Shown: piece after piece, positions 1 to 9,013 of the stretch | Layout: every line of letters starts with the position of its first letter | Position numbering within the stretch: the stretch's first letter is position 1 | Source: an uncultured candidate division Zixibacteria bacterium | Lineage (GTDB): Bacteria > Zixibacteria > MSB-5A5 > GN15 > FEB-12 | Assembly (NCBI GenBank): GCA_963806185.1 | Contig: CAWDXE010000007.1 | Span: forward strand, 978,059-1,042,058 | Direction: 5' to 3' | Length of the DNA: 64,000 nt | Made by a program: the position numbers and the translations under genes | Notes under the pieces: generated by a model | Databases searched by the model: none | What the model saw: the letters and a program-made list of their open reading frames with translations, nothing else | Told to the model about the DNA's origin: nothing

Positions 1-157
1 CGGTCAGCGCATCCTCCTCCGTTTTGGTCAAGGAGACAAGTTGGGCACTTACGTTGTCAAATGGCATAGCCGATTCCTTCCCTTTCTCGGTTGGATTTCC
101 GCAAACGGCCAGGACAAAAGCAATGGCAGTCAGGGTGGCAGCCTGGCACGGCTTCAT
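1..157 (-). CDS. Exported/lipoprotein-like protein, 3'-truncated by the window edge; candidate immunity protein
   Basis: Read manually: the ATG at 157 overlaps the TGA of the upstream gene (ATGA). Translation MKPCQAATLTAIAFVLAVCGNPTEKG... has a signal-peptide-like segment followed by Cys and stays open to position 1. Confidence 0.6.
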   Translation of the reverse strand, partial: MKPCQAATLTAIAFVLAVCGNPTEKGKESAMPFDNVSAQLVSLTKTEEDALT

Positions 158-1491
158 AGCGGCGGCATATGCGACCACGCCTCGGGATCCCATATTGCCT
201 CCGGACAGGGGCCTGGATTCTTGCAGAAGCCGGCGGCGTTACTCACCCAGACCGTGGCCACAACCATGGCCTCCATGGCCGCGGCCGGGGAATCATAACA
301 GCTTTCGCCGATGCAGTAGTATTTCTCGCCGTATTTCACCGTTCCTTCAAAATTGTTCCACCCCTGGTAGGCCGTCTTGCGTTTCGAGTGATCGCGAAAG
401 ATAAGCTTCTCGCTCGCTCCGTGCGGAGGATCAGGATTTGGGTGGGTAGCCGCCACACCGCGCGACTCGTTGGCTTTGCCTGAGCGGTCGAATTTACCGC
501 TTCCCTTCAGCATGCCGGGATACAGATGCCCGAGCACAAATTTGTCCGGCAGGCCGAGCATTTGACAACTCTTTTGGAAGAGGTCGGCCAGGGCGTTGCA
601 TTCGGCACGTACTCCGCCGAAGATCTTCCAGACAGGATTGGGATACGGTGCGCCCAGAAAGTAGTGGCCGATCTCCTGGCCGGAAATTACTTTGAAGACG
701 GCATCAACATACCCCTGTTCATCGCGGGGAGACTCGGGATTATCCGTGAAATATTTATCCACCCATGTTGTGAGCGCATACAGCCGCTTGACGGTCGGGG
801 CGCTGCCGTACGGCTTGTCGTAGGTCAGCATGATATGGTGAGGGCCGGTGGGTCCGAGGTCAAACTTACGCTTGCCGATGTCGACCTCCCAGGACAACTG
901 GACCTTCCAAGTCGCGATTTCATCCCACAATGGGGCTTCAGCTTCGAGGGTGGCCTCACCCCGGCCGTTTTCAATCTTAAATTCCTGGTCAACGAAAGAC
1001 ACTTTGAGCTGGTCACCCTTGACTCGGACGATGGCCTGCTCGGTGACGTGGTCGGCAGGCAGTGCTTCCACTTCGACAGTGATCTTGAGTTTCTGATGCT
1101 TGGTGTGTGAGATAGGGGAGTTGAGACGAGGGGTCCACTCCGGTTTGGGGAAGCGGTTTCCCGTATCGGTCCAGTCACGTTTGTTGTCGAGGAGCAGGTC
1201 GTGATCGGAGACGAACTTCAGGCCCTTAATGGAGAGGGATTCTATCTTGCGTGGGGCACGCCGGAAGAAACGAAAGATGCCGCCCGTGTGACTTCGGGCG
1301 CGATTGGGAGTGGCAGGAATCCAGACACGCTCGCCAACCGAGAGTTCGTTATGGTCAGGGTGTTTCTTTCGAAAGCTCTCGTTCCGGTCGTGGTAGTAGA
1401 TCACTTTCCAGTCGGCCAGACCGTAGGTTCGGGCCAGGCGTGAGAGCGACTCTCCACGCTCGACAACATGATAGAATCCACCGTTGCTCAT
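154..1491 (-). CDS. LysM-domain protein with a C-terminal transglutaminase/papain-like core; candidate secreted effector
   Basis: N-terminal HVVERGESLSRLARTYGL...LSVGERVWIP is LysM-like. ECNALADLFQKSCQMLGLP resembles the catalytic-Cys helix of transglutaminase-like proteins. Confidence 0.65.
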   Translation of the reverse strand: MSNGGFYHVVERGESLSRLARTYGLADWKVIYYHDRNESFRKKHPDHNELSVGERVWIPATPNRARSHTGGIFRFFRRAPRKIESLSIKGLKFVSDHDLLLDNKRDWTDTGNRFPKPEWTPRLNSPISHTKHQKLKITVEVEALPADHVTEQAIVRVKGDQLKVSFVDQEFKIENGRGEATLEAEAPLWDEIATWKVQLSWEVDIGKRKFDLGPTGPHHIMLTYDKPYGSAPTVKRLYALTTWVDKYFTDNPESPRDEQGYVDAVFKVISGQEIGHYFLGAPYPNPVWKIFGGVRAECNALADLFQKSCQMLGLPDKFVLGHLYPGMLKGSGKFDRSGKANESRGVAATHPNPDPPHGASEKLIFRDHSKRKTAYQGWNNFEGTVKYGEKYYCIGESCYDSPAAAMEAMVVATVWVSNAAGFCKNPGPCPEAIWDPEAWSHMPPL

Positions 1492-2390
1492 GACTTGTCT
1501 TCGCGGCCGACGATCTGGTCAAGACTCGGCCATTCGATCACCACTTCACCGGGCGGGAGGTCCTCTTCCTTCAAGTTGCCGTCGGCGTCGAGCTTTCCCT
1601 TCCGCTCTGAACCATCAGCCAGATGCAGGACATAATCCTCGTTGGCGACGGGGTTGCCGCTTTCATCAAGCACCTGCAGTTGGAGCCAGTCCTTAAACCG
1701 CAGGAGCCCGCTCGCCTGATCGACGCCATATTCGGTGCCGTCGACGCGGACGGTGAAGAAATACTCCGGATGGGCATAACTGCCGCCGTGCTCGGCCAGC
1801 TCATCGTTGGTGGGGATTTCGTCGACGTCCTCGTAATACTCGTACTCCCATTTCAGGTCGAACTTGCCGTCGTTGACCTGAACCGGCAGCTCCACTATCG
1901 GGTCGTGACACCCGTCGGCGTCGAATTCGTACACCACAAGTGTGACTTCCCAGCCGCTCGGCACACCTTTAACTTTACCCGAGAGTCCTACGATATCACC
2001 GCGTGTGGCCCGGTCCGCGCTCCATTTGAGTTCGCTGACTACGACAGGCGGGCGGGCGGGAATGTGGTCGGATTCTCCCTTCACGCCGTTTTTGGACAGC
2101 TCAACTTCAAAATATACGGAGTCGCCGGATTCGATATCATCAGGAATGGGAATGGCACCCAGGAATCGGTTGCCCCGAACCTCACCCTCGATCTTACCCA
2201 GTTTCTTCCCCTTGTCGCTTTTGCCGGTCAATTTTATGGGGGCACCGTGTCCGACAAAGGCAGTCAGCACTTCACAGCGAGCGTCCTGGCCGCCGAAGGC
2301 AACCGAAGAGAGCCAATGGGCGGAGACAAGCGACGGATCGAGCTTGATCTTTTCTTTTTTGTCGGTGCTGACGGTGTGGGTTTCCGACAT
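1488..2390 (-). CDS. Hypothetical protein paralogous to the C-terminal extension of the PAAR protein (Ig-like plus transthyretin-like module)
   Basis: C-terminal DESGNPVANEDYVLHLADGSERKGKLDADG and YAHPEYFFTVRV match segments of 6414..7562. ATGA overlap with the next gene. Confidence 0.7.
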   Translation of the reverse strand: MSETHTVSTDKKEKIKLDPSLVSAHWLSSVAFGGQDARCEVLTAFVGHGAPIKLTGKSDKGKKLGKIEGEVRGNRFLGAIPIPDDIESGDSVYFEVELSKNGVKGESDHIPARPPVVVSELKWSADRATRGDIVGLSGKVKGVPSGWEVTLVVYEFDADGCHDPIVELPVQVNDGKFDLKWEYEYYEDVDEIPTNDELAEHGGSYAHPEYFFTVRVDGTEYGVDQASGLLRFKDWLQLQVLDESGNPVANEDYVLHLADGSERKGKLDADGNLKEEDLPPGEVVIEWPSLDQIVGREDKS

Positions 2391-2401
2391 GACTGCCGCA
2401 A

Positions 2402-2833
2402 CTAATCTATGGGTGTAAAACTCTCTAAGATTTTCTCTACCTGACGACCGATGGTCTTGGCCGTTTTCTTGGAGAAATTGGCCGTGATGGTATAGGCGAT
2501 ACCGCCCGTAATAATGAAGATCAGTTTGCGGATTTCCGCCTGTTGGGGAGCCGGCGTGGTGGCATAGGCGAATTCATAGGCGGTAAGGCCATTTCCCAAT
2601 TCCCGTTCTTCGGATTTCAGTGTCCTGGCATCGGGACGGGACGCGAGCGTCTGGTCAATGTGCGAACGCGCGTATTCGCGAAGGGACTGCTTTCCGGCCT
2701 CGCGATCGAGTGTAATGACGAGGGTATGGTACACGCCTGACTCCTGGGGACCGCTGAAGGTGTACACGGTCTGCTCGTGCCAGTCGGATGGGAGTTTGAG
2801 ATCGAAGCCGGGGTGTCGTCCTGATTTCGCCAT
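2402..2833 (-). CDS. DcrB/DUF1795 (PsbP-like, EagR-type) adaptor/chaperone
   Basis: FDLKLPSDWHEQTVYTF...SLREYA...ITGGIAYTITA...ILESF pattern and PAAR-locus context. The ATG at 2833 was chosen as start. Confidence 0.7.
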   Translation of the reverse strand: MAKSGRHPGFDLKLPSDWHEQTVYTFSGPQESGVYHTLVITLDREAGKQSLREYARSHIDQTLASRPDARTLKSEERELGNGLTAYEFAYATTPAPQQAEIRKLIFIITGGIAYTITANFSKKTAKTIGRQVEKILESFTPID

Positions 2834-2835
2834 GA

Positions 2836-3615
2836 CTATTCGCCTGTTGAAGTCCAATCGCCAAGTTCGCGCACCAACTGGCCGTTTCTCCAGATAAGAT
2901 AATACGTCCTGTTCCGAAGGGAAGTGCCGGTGCTGTCGATTTCGCCCTCGACGCCCTCGACCACGGTCTTCCCGTCGCCGAGATGGGACGAGGGTTCCGT
3001 GGCAATAGCAGAATCAAGAATGGGTACGAGCATCTCGTGGACATGGGTTTGATCGGTGCCAAATGACCAGGTCGCTGTGCCGACGCCCGGCGTGTTGATC
3101 GAGGTAGAGTCGAAGATCACGAAGCGCCAGGTAAGGAGACCATCCTCGGCACAGCGCTGAGCCAATACCACGGGACTGGCAACCGAATCGCTCAAACGGG
3201 CCATAACAACTGATTGGCAACTGATTTCCTCCCATACGTCGCTCGTGTCGCCGGCTGATCTGAGCAGTTGATGACCGACAATCTCGGACGGAGGAATAGC
3301 ATTGAAGTAGAGGATTTTGGTTTCCCAATCGGGCCCGTAAGGAGTGTATGGGTGCACTCTTTGATCGAGGGGCACGGAGACAATCAGCAGCGGCGTTTGA
3401 GCGCCACCGAACGAGATTGCCGTGTCCAACTCCACGAAAGAGTCCTTTCGCTGGGTCTGGGTTACCCAGTTGCGGGCGTCATCGCGTGTGGGTTGGTGGC
3501 TCGTTTGGGCAACTTCACGAGCGCAGCCAATCATCGTCAGAAGGGCCGCTGCGGCAAGGCAGGTCAAGAGCGATATTCTCGGGAAAGTACTCGACAGATT
3601 CATCGTGGGTTCCAT
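2836..3615 (-). CDS. Predicted lipoprotein; candidate immunity protein
   Basis: Hydrophobic leader ending MIG-C (lipobox-like). Starts 1 bp after the stop of the 777-aa gene. Confidence 0.6.
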   Translation of the reverse strand: MEPTMNLSSTFPRISLLTCLAAAALLTMIGCAREVAQTSHQPTRDDARNWVTQTQRKDSFVELDTAISFGGAQTPLLIVSVPLDQRVHPYTPYGPDWETKILYFNAIPPSEIVGHQLLRSAGDTSDVWEEISCQSVVMARLSDSVASPVVLAQRCAEDGLLTWRFVIFDSTSINTPGVGTATWSFGTDQTHVHEMLVPILDSAIATEPSSHLGDGKTVVEGVEGEIDSTGTSLRNRTYYLIWRNGQLVRELGDWTSTGE

Positions 3616-3616
3616 T

Positions 3617-5950
3617 CTATGCGGTCAAATAGCAATACAGCCACTGTTTCGCAATCGGTGGTTGGGGTTTTGGATCGCCGTCCATTATTTCAACCCTGGT
3701 CAGAAGTTTCTGGCTCACCAGTTTGTCTGCGATCGCCTTCACTTGCTGCAACGCCTTGTTTTGTTCCTGCTCCAGAGCCGACAATGCCTGTGCCTTCGCC
3801 GAATCTCCTTTGGCGGCCGACTTCTCATACTGCTCCGCCAGTTTTCCGTAATTGAGCGGCAGGACCTCCAGCGCCAAACCGTCGCCGCCGGCCACTATTG
3901 CTCGCGGCACCACTGAATTCTTGATCCGATAGCGCAGGAGTTGGACATACTTGAGTAGATTTACGCTACAACGCATGGGAGACGCCAGTTTTTTTATATC
4001 GGCGTAGGTGAAATGGGCCGATAGCTGAGGATTCGAGTTGGGATTGCTGGCGCCGGTGAGGTACTTGCGATCGGGCGTAAAGGCGAGTTCGTCGGCCATG
4101 GCGCCCGGCGTGCCTCCGGCAAGGGCGGCCAGTTCGTCATAGATCAGGTCGACCTGGCGTTTCAGTTCGGGGTTGTAACCGGGGGTTGATTCGTCCGCGT
4201 CCTTTCTCCCCTGCCACTCCCACGGCAGGTACTTGCCGCTCACTTGACACATAGTGCGAATGAGATTACCAGCGTGCAGCCTTTTCGAATAAAGAGCGGC
4301 ATTGGCGGCCGAATATTGGGGCAGGGCAAATTGTTTGAGGAATTCCCGGCGGCCAGCCTCGGTAAAGCGAGGTTGCCTGAGGAGGAGGCCAATAAAATCG
4401 GCGGTCCCGAAGGCTGAGAAGACTCGCAGCCACGGGTTGCGCGTGGTGTGACCGGCGGTGGCGTGTGCCCAGACGGTCGCCTGATTAATACCGTTAGCCA
4501 GAAGTCCGCGCATCAATATCCACCCCAGTGATTCGGCGCCGATTTCTTCACCGGGATCCGGCTTGCCGTACGTTTTTTCCGAGAAGCGATCGACGCCTCC
4601 AGTGATCGAACGGCCGCAGTTGCAGGCGTAGAGCGGGATGACCAAATCCGAGGTTACATCGTTCTTGATCATACTTACGAAGTCATCGGCAGAGGTGACG
4701 GTGAGACAGCCGGGGTCACTCCAATTATCCATCTTCAGTTCTGTCTTCTGCCGGATACCGTGAGAGTAGATGGCGAGCATGGATACTTTTACCGGATCGG
4801 GCAGCGCGGGGTCGGTGATGCCTTTGAGTTTAGACTTTAGTGTGGTGAGGCTTGAGCCGATTTTCTTGTAACTGTCGATTTGATAGAAGCCGAACCGGAT
4901 CTTGCTCTTGTCTTCGTCGTAGAAGATCGTCGGCAGAGTGCTGATCATTTCCTCGGCCTGGTTCTGAAATTCCTTATTATTCAGCCCCTTCTTGATTCCA
5001 GCCTCGGCTGCGGCGATCTTGTTGTTGGCAAGGCCAATCTGCTTCTTGGCTTCTTTCAGTTTTTGGCCATTGTCTGTATCCAGATATTTTTTGTAATCAG
5101 GAGAAGTGAGGGGATCGAGGCCGGCCGGTGGCGTCGCGCCGGCTGGAACCGGGTCGTTTCCGTACGTCTTCTGCTTCCAGAGCGCGTCGGCGGCCGATTT
5201 GAAATCGGCCTTTGCCTTCTCCAGTTCTTTCTGGCCCTCAGCCTTCTTCTGCGCATTGTCTGCATTGGCTTCATCAGAAAACGCCGCGCGGTAATCGGCC
5301 ACGAAGGCGACAGCGATTCCTTTGCGTTCATCCAACTGTCGACGGATTGTTGCCTCAACATTGCGGACGACATAGGGCCGGGCGATTTTGGATTCACCGA
5401 AAGTGCGATCCAGAGACGTCGTTGTAAGGGTAGCAGCGAGTTCGAGAATACCTTCGTATTCCGGAAGGGGGATGACAAACTGGGAAGGGGATGATTCACC
5501 GGCACGGGTCAATTCAAAGGTGACCTTGCCGTAGAGCACGTTGACGTCGCTTTCGACCAGAGACGGCGACGAGGTGGGGCGGAATTGGTATCCGCCGGCA
5601 GTCCGCACAACCACGCCGGGAAAGGTTGCCAACCACTGATTCTTCCGTTCATTGAGGTCGGTCTCTTCATTGGTGAGAACGCGATTGATCGGGAAGAAAT
5701 CCAATTCCCAGAGCTGGAGGTAGCAGTCGGCCGAGGTGGAGTCGGAGACGGTATCGGGCGTGTGAAAGGGAACGACGGGGATCTTGCCGGGCAGTTTGTG
5801 AGGTCCGGTCAGCGATACAGAATGCTTGTACGCCTCGACAGGACCCGGCAGAGCATCACCAGTCTTGAGTGCGACGGTGAAAGCGGCTTCCAGTTTTGCC
5901 GGCTGCCTGGCGGCAGATTTCTTTTTCGCTTTCGCTGGTGGCGCGGCCAT
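3617..5950 (-). CDS. 777-aa multidomain hypothetical protein; candidate effector with a clan CD-like His/Cys motif pair
   Basis: Long ORF in the PAAR operon. Motifs MLAIYSHG and IPLYACNCG, a central Lys/Ala-rich coiled-coil-like region, and C-terminal QLSAHFTY. Confidence 0.6.
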   Translation of the reverse strand: MAAPPAKAKKKSAARQPAKLEAAFTVALKTGDALPGPVEAYKHSVSLTGPHKLPGKIPVVPFHTPDTVSDSTSADCYLQLWELDFFPINRVLTNEETDLNERKNQWLATFPGVVVRTAGGYQFRPTSSPSLVESDVNVLYGKVTFELTRAGESSPSQFVIPLPEYEGILELAATLTTTSLDRTFGESKIARPYVVRNVEATIRRQLDERKGIAVAFVADYRAAFSDEANADNAQKKAEGQKELEKAKADFKSAADALWKQKTYGNDPVPAGATPPAGLDPLTSPDYKKYLDTDNGQKLKEAKKQIGLANNKIAAAEAGIKKGLNNKEFQNQAEEMISTLPTIFYDEDKSKIRFGFYQIDSYKKIGSSLTTLKSKLKGITDPALPDPVKVSMLAIYSHGIRQKTELKMDNWSDPGCLTVTSADDFVSMIKNDVTSDLVIPLYACNCGRSITGGVDRFSEKTYGKPDPGEEIGAESLGWILMRGLLANGINQATVWAHATAGHTTRNPWLRVFSAFGTADFIGLLLRQPRFTEAGRREFLKQFALPQYSAANAALYSKRLHAGNLIRTMCQVSGKYLPWEWQGRKDADESTPGYNPELKRQVDLIYDELAALAGGTPGAMADELAFTPDRKYLTGASNPNSNPQLSAHFTYADIKKLASPMRCSVNLLKYVQLLRYRIKNSVVPRAIVAGGDGLALEVLPLNYGKLAEQYEKSAAKGDSAKAQALSALEQEQNKALQQVKAIADKLVSQKLLTRVEIMDGDPKPQPPIAKQWLYCYLTA

Positions 5951-5972
5951 AATTGCGTATGCGACGGTCGCC

Positions 5973-6410
5973 TTACTCCGGTTGGCTATCGAATTCAGCT
6001 TCCTGATCGTCTGCAGTCAATTCATTTCCGGTGGGACCCTGAAAGGCATCCCGCTGATCCTCGAGCGCCGTAAACGGCACGCTGACCTCGACCGGCGTTG
6101 CCTCCGGTGGAATCGCCGGAACGATGTAACTGGCGTCACCGACATGAAGCTGATAGTCGCCAAAGTCGGCGGGTGAGTGCTGAAACTTTCCCTGATCGTC
6201 AGTCTGGTCCTTGATTGACAGGCCGTGCCCTTCAAGCGTGAAGGCCCGTTGGGGCCACGGTTCGCCGCCGGCCTCACTCTGCAAAACGAAGGAAATTGCG
6301 CCAACACCATCGGGGAGAATCGTGAAGCTGTTCGTACGACCGGGAACAAGGCTGATCTTCTTCCCTTCGAAGGCGCTGCCATAGACATATCGGTGGTACG
6401 GGTCGCTCAT
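5973..6410 (-). CDS. Small transthyretin-like/carboxypeptidase-regulatory-like domain protein
   Basis: GEPWPQRAFTLEG...DQTDDQGKF...GDYQLHVG resembles PAAR/VgrG-associated beta-sandwich adaptors. Starts 3 bp after the PAAR gene. Confidence 0.55.
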   Translation of the reverse strand: MSDPYHRYVYGSAFEGKKISLVPGRTNSFTILPDGVGAISFVLQSEAGGEPWPQRAFTLEGHGLSIKDQTDDQGKFQHSPADFGDYQLHVGDASYIVPAIPPEATPVEVSVPFTALEDQRDAFQGPTGNELTADDQEAEFDSQPE

Positions 6411-6413
6411 GAA

Positions 6414-7562
6414 TCACTCCGGCGCGGATTCCGGTTCGGGACGCGGAAAGTTGGGAAAACGCAGCCAGTGGATGGCGGCCGGTACCGGATCGAGGGTCGC
6501 TTTCCCGGACGAATCAAGTTTCCCGTCGCGCACTTCCCCGTTGGAGAGGAAAACCACGTAGGGTTCGTCTTTCAGGGCGTTGCCGTCTTCATCCTTGGCT
6601 TCGATTACTATCTTGTCAGTAAACGTAATCAGGGCCGAGCGCGCCTCAAGGGCTCCGATGCGGACCTTGAAGAAGTACTGCGGCAAGCTGTACGCCGAGC
6701 GGCCGTCGGAGAGGGTCGGAATCGAAGCGAAGGAAGGGTATTCGAACGCCCATTCTCTTTCGATGCCGTCGCTCTTGACGGTAACATCGGGAATGACGGT
6801 GACCATCTGATCCGGCTGTTTGATATCGCGCAGCCAGACTTCGAGCTGAGCAGGTGTGCCGTCCTCGACACCGACCGTGCTCACGGTCACCTTCACCTTG
6901 TCGCCGGCTTTGGCCTTGTCGGTCGACCACCGGGCTTGCGTGATCGCCTTAAAAGCAACATCGTAATCACCTTCATCGGCCGCATTACGCTGGATGACGC
7001 CGGTGGACAGCTCACCGGACGACTTGCCGTCGGGATGAGTAATTTCATGGACGACGCCCGTTATCGGGAAACCGCCCTTGTCGACTATTTGAACGTCGAG
7101 GAAGTGACCCTCAACGTCGTCTTCTTCGCTATCGCTGGAGTCTGACTCGCTTTCGGAACTTGCGTCGGTGTGACCACCTTCTTCGGCGGCGGCAGTTTCG
7201 CGATCGCCTTCTTTAGCACCGCCGCTTCCCCCTCCGCCGCCGGCTCCGCCCCCTCCCCCGCCGCTATCGCCAATCAACACGGTAGGGCATCCGCCGACGA
7301 TTGAATCCGGTGGGCCGGCGCAAGTGGCCATGTCGCCCATTCTGGCAGCAGGCATTCCGCCGATAAGCACGGTTGCACTACCTTTCATAATGGGACCGCC
7401 GACGTGTGGTGGCGGCGGGACGCCGGGGTTGAGCATCGGACAGACGTGCATGTCACCCATGCGGGCGGCCGGCTGACCACCGATGAGAACCATCGGAAAG
7501 CCGACGACGATTGCTCCGCCGTGAGCGGTACTGTCACCAAGTCGAGCTGCTGGTTGGCCCAT
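6414..7562 (-). CDS. PAAR-domain protein with a Gly/acidic linker and C-terminal extension
   Basis: Three PAAR motifs (QPAARLGD, QPAARMGD, MPAARMGD) with His/Cys metal ligands. Confidence 0.93.
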   Translation of the reverse strand: MGQPAARLGDSTAHGGAIVVGFPMVLIGGQPAARMGDMHVCPMLNPGVPPPPHVGGPIMKGSATVLIGGMPAARMGDMATCAGPPDSIVGGCPTVLIGDSGGGGGGAGGGGGSGGAKEGDRETAAAEEGGHTDASSESESDSSDSEEDDVEGHFLDVQIVDKGGFPITGVVHEITHPDGKSSGELSTGVIQRNAADEGDYDVAFKAITQARWSTDKAKAGDKVKVTVSTVGVEDGTPAQLEVWLRDIKQPDQMVTVIPDVTVKSDGIEREWAFEYPSFASIPTLSDGRSAYSLPQYFFKVRIGALEARSALITFTDKIVIEAKDEDGNALKDEPYVVFLSNGEVRDGKLDSSGKATLDPVPAAIHWLRFPNFPRPEPESAPE

Positions 7563-7668
7563 ATAATCGTGCGAATTCGAGCTATCGGATTTCTGTCATC
7601 ACAGTCTACCGGTTTTTCAAAAACCGGTCAAGTATTTGTAACGCCTGATTATCTCCGTATGCGTGATA

Positions 7669-8988
7669 TCAAAAGCTGGCCTGAATGCCAATAGTAGGCA
7701 CCCATTCCGCACGCATGCCGCCGCTATTGGTAGGCAGCAGAACATCGGCCATAAACAGGACGCTCGACGAGGCGGCGTACTTCAGGCCGAACGAGGCGTT
7801 GTTAATGTTATCACTCTTGTAGTTCGGGATATTCGTCGGCGACACTGTTCGCGAGACAACGGGGTTGCCGGTTGGAGAACTAATCGTCGAAATGGAGACC
7901 GCTCCCGGGAACTGGTAGGCCTTGATTTCTTCGCCAACTTCGAGATTGCCAAGCCACTCTGCCACGAGGGTGAATTTCTGACCCAGGCGGTAATCGTAGC
8001 CAAGGCCGATGTTGACTTGATCACGCTGGAACGCGCTGGAGTGAATATTATAGGTCAGATTCATGTGGGGAATGTATCCCTCCTCGGAACCCGAGACCAG
8101 CACACCGAACTTGTAACTGGCGTCGCCGGTGCCGAGGAAGTTCTTCTCGTCGCCGGTGGCCAGGCGGGCTTCGAACAAGCCGCTCACAACCGTCTTTTCA
8201 GATTTGGCCAGCATATACTTTGCGCGAAGGGCGATATCACCGATGCCGGTAGCGGATTCATCGATGGCCGGCGGGGTCAGGGTCAGAATCGGATCACCCA
8301 GAGCTGTCGTATCATAGAAGTGGTTGGCATAACCGAACATCTCGAGCGTGTGGCTGTTGATACGAGAGGTAGGGTTGGCCTTCATGTTGATCGAGATGAA
8401 CGGGACAGCCAAGCCGACGTCGAGCTTATCAGACACGCCGTACGTGGCATACATGGCGGCGACATTGGCGGTGATATCCATCTTCATTTGCAGTTCAATG
8501 GTGTCGAATTCGTTGGGGTCGTCGCCCATGCCGTTGCCCAGTTCATCCTCGTGAAGGAAGGTGAATTTGATATCCTGCGTCTTGATACCGCGGATGCGTG
8601 TCAGCGGCATGTGAGTGAAATTCATGCCAACGTTCAGGACTTTCTTACCGAGGGTTTGCGCTCGTTCGGTGAAGATTGGTCCGGCACTGGTAGTGGCCGC
8701 GACCGGGACGCCGGAGGAGAAGTCGAAAGTCAGGCCGGCGCCGGTGGAACTGAGCGGGAACGAGGAGAGATTGCCGGAGATGTAGCTGGTGAGGGCGTCG
8801 CGAATCTGTTTGTTGACGGCTGAATTATCCGTCTTGAAGTGGTTGCCGTGCGAGCCGGGCGACAAATGAAGGTCGAGAACGGTCTTGAAAATGCCGTCCA
8901 ATTGATCGCGTAGGTCGGCGGCGGCGGTGATGCCAGTCAAGGCAACACCGATGAACCCAACGTAAAGAAGTAAGCGCAGTTTTGTCAC
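7669..8988 (-). CDS. Probable outer-membrane beta-barrel protein (MetA-pathway phenol-degradation/transporter-like)
   Basis: Signal peptide, GIGDIALRAKY and LATGD...FLGTG motifs, C-terminal Phe (IQASF). Confidence 0.7.
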   Translation of the reverse strand: MTKLRLLLYVGFIGVALTGITAAADLRDQLDGIFKTVLDLHLSPGSHGNHFKTDNSAVNKQIRDALTSYISGNLSSFPLSSTGAGLTFDFSSGVPVAATTSAGPIFTERAQTLGKKVLNVGMNFTHMPLTRIRGIKTQDIKFTFLHEDELGNGMGDDPNEFDTIELQMKMDITANVAAMYATYGVSDKLDVGLAVPFISINMKANPTSRINSHTLEMFGYANHFYDTTALGDPILTLTPPAIDESATGIGDIALRAKYMLAKSEKTVVSGLFEARLATGDEKNFLGTGDASYKFGVLVSGSEEGYIPHMNLTYNIHSSAFQRDQVNIGLGYDYRLGQKFTLVAEWLGNLEVGEEIKAYQFPGAVSISTISSPTGNPVVSRTVSPTNIPNYKSDNINNASFGLKYAASSSVLFMADVLLPTNSGGMRAEWVPTIGIQASF

Positions 8989-9013
8989 GATTAGACCTCC
9001 TATGTCCAGTTAG

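Noticed and set aside
7663..8823. Long antisense ORFs (e.g. 7663..8823, 6225..7145, 16416..17480, 42218..43123, 51360..52271)
   Set aside because: They shadow well-supported genes on the opposite strand in GC-rich DNA and have no motifs.
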